DNA of 64,000 nt from the NCBI RefSeq assembly GCF_006345805.1, contig NC_043011.1, positions 25,928,464-25,992,463 of the forward strand, written 5' to 3'. The notes beneath the pieces were generated by a model. The model had not been told where the DNA came from, searched no databases, and saw nothing but the letters and a program-made list of their open reading frames with translations. The translations under genes and the position numbers were made by a program. Source of the stretch: Octopus sinensis (lineage: Eukaryota). This document shows positions 54,506 through 64,000 of the stretch, piece after piece. Position 1 is the first letter of the stretch. The number at the start of each line of letters is the position of its first letter.

Positions 54506-55479
54506 AATCATCATCGTCATCATCATGGTGATAATGATGGTGGTGGTGGTGGTGGTGGTGATGGAAATGACAAAAATGATGATGATGAGGAGGAGAATGA
54601 TGGGAATGATTATCAGGATGACAATGACAACAGCAATATTGATGGTGATAACAGTGATGATAATGATGATGATGATGACGACGACAAGGAGGAGGGGAGG
54701 AGGATGGGAATGACAATGACAACTGCATGATGATGATAATGATGAAGATGATCATGATCATGATTATCATCATCATCATCATCATCATCATCATGGTAAT
54801 GATAGCAATGGTGATGGTGACAACGAAATGGAAAAATCTTTAATGTCATCAAAAAAACAAAAAACCACTCAGATGGTGAGGAAACCATTCAATCTATGCA
54901 TCATAGAGGTAGAGGCCAAAAGACATGATTGACAGCAAAGTTTAAATGTAAAAGGACAGGCACAGGTGTGGCTGTGTGGTAAGAAGATTGCTTCCCAAGT
55001 ACATGGTTCCAGGCTCAGTCCTACTACTTGGCACCTTCAGCAAGTTTCTTTTACTATAGCCTCAAGCCGACCAAAGCCTTGTGAGTGGATTTGGTGGTAG
55101 ACAGAAACTGAAAGAAGCCCATCATAGAAATATCATTATCTAGTGTCATCATCATCATCGTTTAACATCCATCTTCCATGCATATAAGGATAGGACATAT
55201 ATATATATATACACGTTCATTTGTATTTATTTGTGTGTATCTTTGTGTCTGTTTGTCACCCCATCACTGCTTGACAACCAGTGATGGTGTGTTTACATAC
55301 CTGTAACTTAGCAGTTCAGCAAAAGAGACCGATAGAATAGGTATTAGACTTAAAAAAATATGTCCTGGGAGTCGAGTTGTTCAAATAAAACAGCTCAAGG
55401 TGGTGCTCCAGCATGGCCACAGTCAAATGACTGAAACAAGTAAAAGAATAAAAGAATAAAAGAATTAAATGAATCTTGC

Positions 55480-55565
55480 CTTTAGATTGAGGAATTTCCC
55501 TCCACACAGCATGCAGTCTAACAGAGATAGATCTTCTGGAAACACCATATTTTCATAAGGCCCAG
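55480..55565 (-). CDS. LRRC63: LRRC63-like exon b (GPYENMVFPEDLSLLDCMLCGGKFLNLK), 86 nt, GC donor
   Basis: Acceptor tttgctttttggtag|CTGGG; donor AAG|gcaaga. The peptide resembles the pre-LRR segment of LRRC63 as recalled (LAIxNCxxxGxxALNLK) and joins in frame to AQFI of the next exon. Confidence 0.75.
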
Positions 55566-56335
55566 CTACCAAAAAGCAAAACAGAAAGAAATATCCAACA
55601 ATATAGTTATTTCTACTACAACAACAAATAATTTTTTCTGCTGTAGGCACAAGGCCTGAAAATTTGAGGGAGGGGGGTAAGTCGATTATATCCACCCTGG
55701 TACTCAACTCACACTTAATTTATCGACCCTGAAAGGATGAGAGGCAGAGTTGACCTTGGCGAAATTTGAACTCAGAACATAACAGCAAAGAAATACTGCT
55801 AAGTATTTCGTCCAGTGTGCTAATGATTCAGCCAGCTCACTACCTTCTTAATAATAATGATAATAACCATCCAAGCTGGTCTTTTGCTACTGCCATTTCT
55901 AACCAACACATCATTTTCTCTCATCATCCAACTACTCCTCAGGCCCCTCGTAAATAACTATACCCAGGCCTTCCTCCCAGAATATTGATCCTCTGGAATC
56001 CTCTCCCTGCTTATATTTCCTGCAGGTGTCAGCTTACAACAGTTTAGGTGGAACAGCAAAGGCATCAATGTCTCTGGTCTCAGAGAATTTGCAAAGGTCA
56101 TGGGCATTGTCTCTTCCTCCAGGACCCAGGAAATAGCAATGAAAAAAATAAGTTGATGGCTGCAAGGAAAACATGAACAGAGAGAAAATTACCAGAGAGA
56201 AAACATTTTGGTGAAAAATGAGGGCAGTGGTGAATATGGGGGCCTCGAGAGGGCAAAGACACAATGTGGGTGATGAGGAAAGGTGAGATGAGGATAGGAG
56301 AACTGGTAGGGCACCAGACAAATAATTTGCAGCAT

Positions 56336-56563
56336 TTAACCCTTTTGATACCAACCTGGCTGAAACCACCTCTGGCTCTGTAGTACAAATGTCTTGTTTT
56401 CAAAAGCTCTGAATTAAAAACTTCCACCAAACCTTAGTTACAATTTGTTCCTAGCACTAGCTTAATGATAACTAAGTTATTTTACTAAATTCTTTGTTAT
56501 TTTAAAAATTAATTGAAAGAAACACAAAGCATCTCAACAGAAATATGGTAACAAAAGGGTTAA
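56336..56563. mobile_element. piggyBac-type MITE with TTAA TSD
   Basis: TTAA-cccttttg...caaaaggg-TTAA. Confidence 0.88.
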
Positions 56564-56753
56564 TTACAATTTTACCTTCCATTCTTCCTAGGGTTGATAA
56601 TTACTTAGTGGGGAAGGAGAGCCCCAAGCAAGTCACTTACACTCTGTCCTCAAAAATTTGTGACATTACAGTCTTTCACAAATACTCTTCTTTTATTCTT
56701 TTGCTGGTTTCAGTCATTTGACTGTGACCAGGCTAGAGTACCTTACTCTAGAG

Positions 56754-57102
56754 TAGGAGTCGATAAACTTATCATATCACTAACCCCTTCATAGAATCAA
56801 CGTTAACTTATTGAACCCCATTATATAAATGTTTAAAATAAAATTCAAAAGACTAATTAATAAAAAATTTCTTGATTTTAAAATGATAATTCCTTTGTTC
56901 TTTTGTGTCATTACCAGTTTTTAATATGAAATATTTAAAGAAATTTAATGGAAATATTTGAAAAAAATTGATAAAGAGCAATAAAAATTCAGTTATGTTA
57001 TATTGATATAGTCAGGAAATTTAATGTTTATCGACTCCTTGGATGATCTCATAGATGCCACACGCACCCCGAGGTCAATACTGACCACTTTACCAACTTC
57101 TG
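56754..57102. mobile_element. hAT MITE with 8-bp TSD
   Basis: TSD ctctagag / ctctagac; termini taggagtcgataaa / tttaccaacttctg. Confidence 0.7.
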
Positions 57103-57377
57103 CTCTAGACCAATTTTACTTAACTTTCTAGTGTTCCCCACCCACTTCACCAGTTCACCATCTTGATTTTCACCTTCAGTCAAATATTGTGAGAAAATAG
57201 AAGTCTTGTATTGTTACATAATACATCACATTTTTCTGTATTACCATTCCATGCTGAACTGCACATTGGCTCATCTTTCAATAGTTCTAGTTGCATATCT
57301 GTTTTTCTATGAGTTGTTTCTAGCTATATACTCAACTCTTTTTTTGTTTCTGGAGAAAGTAATATTTATATTTATCC

Positions 57378-57741
57378 TATGGGTGCCACTGCATAGTGCC
57401 AAGGACTCCAAATTTGCCATCAAGATGTAGGACAAGATACTGTGATAGTCTGGGCTTCAGAGGCCCACAGCTCTTCAATATCTTCCCAAAGAACCTGAGA
57501 GACCTGCATGGGGTGGATGCAGATGTCTTTAAAATAAAACTGGATCTCTTCTTGTCAGGTGTCCCAGATGAACCAACTTCACGGCAGGAGGTGCAGATGA
57601 AGGCAGCTGCATCGAACTCTCTCATGCACCAAATGGCAATTGCTAAAAAGCACTCGTCAAGTAAAATCATGTAGCAACACCAAATGGCGGTGCCCCAGCA
57701 TGGCCACAGCTCGTGAGCTGAAACTAGATAAAGATAAAGAT
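57378..57741 (+). mobile_element. CR1-group LINE 3' end whose tail matches the SINE tails
   Basis: CDSLGFRGPQLFNIFPKNLRDLHG..VFKIKLDLFLSGVPDEP, followed by ggcggtgccccagcatggccacagc...tgaaac. Confidence 0.8.
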
Positions 57742-58635
57742 GTCTTCTATTATTACTCTTCTTACAAAGCAATGTAACTATTTTCAAAAGCAAAAAAAAA
57801 ATAAAGAAGAGAAATGGTACTTTATTTATTGACCCCCCCCCCCACCGCAACTGCATGCAAAACAAAGTTGATTACAGCAGGATTTGAACTCAGAGAAGAG
57901 TGAGCTAGAACATTCTGACAATTTAACAATTCTGCCAAATTGTCATCTAATGCATAACACTAACATTCTTAAAATCAATTTAACATGAGTGTCCATACAT
58001 GTTTACCTTCCCTCATTCCTGTTGAGAAGTTAAAATTTCTAAAACCCTACATTTGCCTTCTCTCATCCTAACAGAGTAGTTAAAAATCCCTACATGTTTT
58101 ACCTACCCTTATTACTGTAAGGTTGTTCAAATAGAGAACCAATAAGTAAAATATTTGAAGCATTTTCATCATCATCATCATCATCATCAGTGTTAACATC
58201 CACTTTCCATGCTGGCATGGGTTGGACAGTTTGACATAGAGAAGACTCCAACTATCTGTTGTGGCATGGTTTCTACGGTCGGATGCCCTTCCTACTGCCA
58301 ACTACTTAACAGAGTGTGCTGGATGTTTTTTTACATGACACCAGCATGGGTATGTTTACACAGCACTAGCATGAGTGCTTTTTAAGTGACACCAGCACCT
58401 GAAAGGACAAGCCTGTATGTGTGGAAGACAGCGATTTTACTTAGCTTTGACATGTCTTATCAAGTACAGCAAATCGCCACAATTCCCAGTCCCTTGTCAT
58501 TTTCTCAGTGAGGCCCAGCATCCAAAGATCCTTTCTCACCACTTTGTTTCATGCTTTCTTAGGTCAACCCCTTCTACAGGTACCTTCCAAAATTAGAACT
58601 CAGCATTTAAAAACTTGAACAGCATTGCTACTCAC

Positions 58636-58724
58636 TAAATGGTGTGGGAGTCCGAACTGATCCTTGAAAGTATTTCAGTTCACCTGCTGAGAGATAACCA
58701 TCAGTAGTAGATTTTTCACATTTC
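58636..58724 (-). CDS. LRRC63: LRRC63-like LRR protein, exon a (KCEKSTTDGYLSAGELKYFQGSVRTPTPF), 89 nt, phase 2 to 1
   Basis: Minus strand tttgttgtgtttctag|GAAATGT...CCATTTA|gtgagt. Open frame; the end phase matches the next exon (A+CT=Thr). No LRR motif in this exon, so support is splice signals and phase only. Confidence 0.6.
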
Positions 58725-59460
58725 CTAGAAACACAACAAAATATTGATCCATTATGATAAAATAAAATGAAACAGAAATATAAATGCATATGGCAATGTC
58801 CCAGCATGGCCACAGCCCTCAGACTGAAACTATCAAAAGACACAAGACAATAGACAAATGAGTATAAATATAATTAAGTGTAGGCGCAGGAGTGGCTGTG
58901 TGGTAAGTAGCTTGCTTACCAACCACATGGTTCCGGGTTCAGTCCCACTGCATGGCATCTTGGGCAAGTGTCTTCTGCTATAGCCTCGGACCGACCAAAG
59001 CCTTGTGAGTGGATTTGGTAGACAGAAACTGAAAGAAGCCTGTCGTATATATGTATGTGTGTATATATGTTTGTGTGTGTGTGTGTGTTTGTCCCCCCCC
59101 CCCAACATCACTTGACAACCGATAGAATAAGTACTAGGCTTACAAAGAATAAGTCCTGGGGTCGATTTGCTCAACTAAATGTGGTGCTCCAGCATGGCCA
59201 CAGTCACATAACTGAAACAAGTAAAAGAGTACCATATTTACTTGTGTATAATCACACCTCTTGGTACAATTTTTTCCCTTCATAGTTTTAACTTTGCCTT
59301 GTGTATAAGTCACACCCTAGTTTTTCTTTCAGTTAAAACCAAGTATAAAATAGTATGGCATACATATGAGAAAAAATAATAATATTTATGTAAATAATAA
59401 TTATAAGCATTTTTTGAAAAAAATAGATATTAAACTGGTGGTGGTGGTGGTGGTGGAGGA

Positions 59461-59497
<37 letters not shown>

Positions 59498-59697
59498 CTA
59501 GCATCACACCAAAACAAACAAAATTCACTTGATCTGCTAGGAAATAACAGCTAAACAAAAAACAGCCTTCAGGTCACAACCTATCACCTAAAAAAAAATG
59601 GGAACATCACAGTAGATAATGTAGTTTTGGATAGACACTGTATGAAAACAAGCTTAAATGCTTTTGATCAGATCACAGCTCAGCTGGATCAAGGCCA

Positions 59698-61216
59698 TGA
59701 AGATTGGTTGAAAAGTTCATAGGCTGACCAAGATATTTTCATAGAATATGACCAAATGAGGTTTATTTTTCATCATAGTCCGCCTTGCAGTCCACACATT
59801 TTTTCCATCAGTGTTGCTGTGCTTGGATTCCATTGGGGTAGAAGCTTTCATCATCAACAGCAGATATGATATCATCATTGCTATGATGCTGATTCCCAGC
59901 CAAGTGTGTTTTTCATGCTGGAGAACATATGATGGGCAGATGGGGCCAAATCTGGAGAATAGGGAGGCTGATCAACCAGTTCAAAACCAGTCATACACAG
60001 CAGCCATTGAAACCAAGGACTTGTGCACTGGAGCATTGTCCTGATCAAACAAGTCCCTTTTCGTCAGTTTCCCTGGATATTTAGTCTTGATAGCCTTTCG
60101 TAACCATCTCAGTAAGTTGGCATAGTACCTTCCACTGATGATGAGGCCTTTTTGAAGATAGTCAATAAACACAATGCCTTTTGCATCCCGAAAGCTGAAG
60201 CCATAACCTTCTCTGCAGATGAACGGACTTGGCTTTCTTTGAAGCAGGTGAGGAGGCCTGTTTCCACTGCATGGATTGTCAATTTGTTTCTGGCACAAAG
60301 TGATGAATCCAACGTGTCCTGTGTTGGGAAATGCTCAAGGAAACCATCTGGATCTGCCTCAAACAATGTTAAAGTTTTGTGTGATATGATCAGCCTGGTA
60401 TGCTTTTAATCAAGTGTCAGAAGACATGGCACCCACGAAACAGAAACCTTCTTCATGGCCAAGTTCATCATGCAGAATATTCTCAACTCTCACATGGGTT
60501 ATGCTAATAGCATTGGCTATTTGATTTATAGCTAGTCGCCTGTCATCCATCACCATGTGGTAAACATGATCAATGTTTTCCTGGGTAGTGGTTGTTGCAG
60601 TACATCCAGACCTTGGGTCACTTTCAAGACTCTCCCCTTCCCACCTAAATTTAGCTGCCCACTTTTACGCAGTTGACAAAGCTGGAGTATCATCACCTTA
60701 TATAGTAACCATGTTAGCATGAAAGTCTTTGGGGGCCAAGCCATTTTCTGCAGATACTTGATAGCAGCGCAATACCAAATTTTGTCCATCTTCAAGAAAA
60801 GTCACTACTAGTTACTTTTGAAGTCATCTTTGAGCAGTCATATGTCAGTTTACCTCAAAACAAACTATGAAGTTTGAGGCAGCGAGCTGGCAGAAACATT
60901 AGCAATGCCGGGCGAAATACTTAGTAGTATTTCGGTTATCTTTACGTTCTGAGTTCAAATTCCACTGAGGTCGACTTTGCCTTTTATCCTTTCGGGGTCG
61001 ATAAATTAAGTACCAGTTATGCACTGGGGTCGATATAATCGACTTAATCTCTTTGTCTGTCCTTGTTTGTCCCCTCTATGTTTAGCCCCTTCTGGGCATT
61101 AAAGAAATAAGACATTCTGAAGTTATTATTAAGAAGACTTGAAATTAATGCAGGCAAGATTTCACAGCTCTGGTATCACTCCTTCATAGTCCTATGAGCT
61201 TTTCTGCCGACCCTCA
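59698..61216 (-). mobile_element. Decayed mariner (irritans/Himar1-like) with nested B1 SINE at ~60878-61112
   Basis: TIRs tgaagattggttgaaaagttcataggct / agtcctatgagcttttctgccgaccctca; KVMASAF..DAKGIVFIDYLQKG and DQDNAPVH motifs. Confidence 0.88.
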
Positions 61217-61594
61217 TAAGATGGCACCAAACACTGAGGACAATGAATCCAAATTAATTAAAAAGGAATAGCAATAAATGAGTTCCTGCAGGCTTGAGAC
61301 TCTGAGGTTAAGAAGCTTGTTTCTCAACCATGTGATCTTGTGTTCAGTCCCACTGCACAGCAGTGTGTGTCTGTGCATTTGTGCCTGTCCCCATCATTGC
61401 TTGACAACCAGTGTTGCTGTGTTTACAACCCTGTAACTTAGCAGTTCAGCTAAAGTGATTGATAGAATATGTACAGGGCTTAAAAAAATGTTTTAAAATG
61501 TATTGGGGTCAATTCATTTGACTAAAATTCTTCAAGGTGGTGCCCCAGCATGGCCACAGTCTGATGACTGAAACAAGTAAAAAAAATATAGTGG

Positions 61595-61805
61595 TAGTAT
61601 AGTGGTAAATACCCCCACCTGTCACATGGGAGACCAGGATCATGCAGGAGACTAGGGTCATGTAAGAGACCAAGTTCACATGGAAGACCAGGGTCACGCG
61701 AGAGACCAAGCTTTGATTCCCCACCAGGGAGGCACATATTTCACAGGCAGTGCCCCAACATGGCAACAGCATTAGGGTTGAAACATATAAAAGAATAAAA
61801 GAATA
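61595..61805 (+). mobile_element. tRNA-Asp(GTC)-derived SINE or pseudogene with internal 5x18-bp amplification
   Basis: tagtatagtggtaaatacccccacctGTCacatgggagaccagg...ttgattccccaccagggag matches eukaryotic tRNA-Asp; a LINE-like tail follows. Confidence 0.8.
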
Positions 61806-63031
61806 TATATAAATATTCAGGTGTATGTTGTGTTTCTTTGTGTTTGTGGTTGTTCCTACCCTCCACTGCTTAACAACTGATGTTGGTTTGTTTATGTCCT
61901 TGTTGCTTAGCAGTTCAGCAAGAGACTGATAGAGTAAGTACCAGTCCTGTAAAAAAAAAAAATAATAAGACAGGCGTGGGAATGGCTGTGTGGTAAGTAG
62001 CTTGCTTACCAACCACATGATTCCAGGTTCAGTCCCACTGCGTGGCACCTTGGGTAAGTGTCTTCTCCTATAGCCTCCGGCCGACCAAAGCCTTGTGAGT
62101 GGATTTGGTAGACAGAAACTGAAAGTAGCCCGTTGTATATATGTATATATATGTGTGTGCATGTTTGTGTGTCTGTGTTTGTCCCCCCAACATTGCTTGA
62201 CAACCAATGCTGGTGTGTTTACGTCCCCATAACTTAGCGGTTCGGCAAAAGAGACCGATAGAATAAGTACTAGGCTTACAAAGAATAAGTCCTGGAATCG
62301 ACTAAAGGCGGTGCTCCAGCATGGCCACAGTCAAATGACTGAGACAAGTAAAAGAGAGTCAGGAGATATAAGTACTGGGATCAATTTGTTCAACTAAAAA
62401 CCCTTCAAGGTGATGTCCCAGCATGCCCCCCCGCCCCCCACCCCCCGCAGTCTAATGACTGAAACAAATGTAAAAAAGAAAAGAACAAACAATAAAAGAA
62501 TCAGGGCTGACCTGGCACTACACCACAACAACAACAACAACATCAACCACAACATTAACAGGCCATCACCAATCTCATTCTCTCTGTCCACCTCATAAAA
62601 TTGTCTACTTCTGTCACCAACTGTGTATATTAATTGACCATCAACCAATCTTTCTGTCCATCCACTCCCCCTTTTTTCCACTCCACACCCCCTTCTTCAC
62701 CCCACTCCTCCACACAGAGCCAAAGATTATTTGGTTCCATTAGACATATGTACTTTACTTTTCTGCTTACTTTTTTTTTATTATTATGTTAACAATCAGT
62801 CATGTGACTATTAAGGTCACATGACTCAGCTGTCACATGACTCCATTAGTCATGTCAATATCTGTCTTTACAAGAAGAAAGGAAGACCATTTCATTTTAT
62901 TTTATTACATTTTATTTTGTTTGTTATTATCTTTTTATTCATTCAGTTATTTTTCTTTTCTTCTTTATACTTTTGAACATACATACTCATTCTCATATAC
63001 TAACAGACATGCACATACAAATACAAATACC

Positions 63032-63121
<90 letters not shown>

Positions 63122-63204
63122 ATATATATTATATATATATATATATATATCATATATATATATATACATATATATATACATATATATATATACATATATA
63201 TATA

Positions 63205-63242
<38 letters not shown>

Positions 63243-63324
63243 TTATATATATATACATTATATATATACATATATACATATATATACATATATATATACA
63301 TATATATATATACACACACACATA

Positions 63325-63395
<71 letters not shown>

Positions 63396-63473
63396 TTGCA
63401 TGTATGTATATATATACATGTGTGTATGTGTGTGTGTGTACATATATATACACACACGCACACATATGTATAT

Positions 63474-63894
63474 AAGAGGGGACACTGAAAAATTCCTGGC
63501 TTAGGGTAAAAGAAATTTAGTCAACATATTCCCCTCTCAGATTCACACACTTATTGCAGTGGTCCTTCAGTTTTTCTAAGCCCTGTAAAAGAACTCGGAA
63601 CTTGGGCTTCCAACGAGGCCTTTCTCAATATCCTTAAAGCCAGGAAGGCGATGAGCTGGCAGAAACGTTAGCACACTGGGTGAAATGCTTAGCAGTATTT
63701 TATTTGTTTTTACATTGAGTTCAAATCCTGCAGAGGTCAACTTTGTCTTTCATCCTTTCAGGTTCGATAAATTAAGTACCAGTTGCGTACAGGGATCGAT
63801 CTAATCGACTGGCCCCCTCCCCAAAAATTTCAGGCCTTGTGCCTAGAGTAGAAAAGAATATCCTTAAAGCCAGGAACTTTTCAGCACCCCCTCG
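63474..63894. mobile_element. Mariner-derived MITE with nested B2 SINE (63647-63856) and 20-bp TSD
   Basis: TIRs agaggggacactgaaaaattcctggctt / aagccaggaacttttcagcaccccctcg; TSD aatatccttaaagccaggaa. Confidence 0.85.
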
Positions 63895-64000
63895 TACTTA
63901 TAAACACATGCGCATGGTGCTGGTGGTGGTGGTGGTGATCATGCGTGAGAGAACTGAGATGTCATTGGTGAGAAGTGTATTCAGAATAAGGAAGGCATAC

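Noticed and set aside
61595-61731. Functional tRNA-Asp gene
   Set aside because: The 5' acceptor strand is missing, stems are mutated, there is a 72-bp internal expansion, and a SINE tail follows.

Overview
Eukaryotic, AT-rich, microsatellite-saturated DNA. The SINE, LINE and mariner content points to an octopus (coleoid cephalopod) genome; this is an inference from repeat families. Almost all ORFs in the supplied track are microsatellite artefacts or transposon remnants. One host gene runs through the window on the minus strand: a leucine-rich-repeat protein resembling LRRC63. Five short exons were found by hand (58724-58636, 55565-55480, 54418-54335, 26094-26011, 8974-8815). One intron has a GC donor, and a phase break implies at least one missing exon, possibly in the 100-N gap at 35712-35811. 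The introns contain decayed R4/Dong, Tx1/L1, RTE, CR1-group and Penelope retroelements, mariner and Tc1 transposons, hAT and piggyBac MITEs, Helitrons and several tRNA-derived SINE families. The most notable structures are hammerhead-ribozyme-like motifs (including a long-stem-II form in a ~390-bp inverted repeat), a tRNA-Asp-headed SINE with a 5x internal 18-bp amplification, a LINE 3' end shared with the SINE tails, and two LINEs inserted tail-to-tail in one (TAA)n tract. All family assignments come from recalled motifs, not database searches, and repeat boundaries are approximate.
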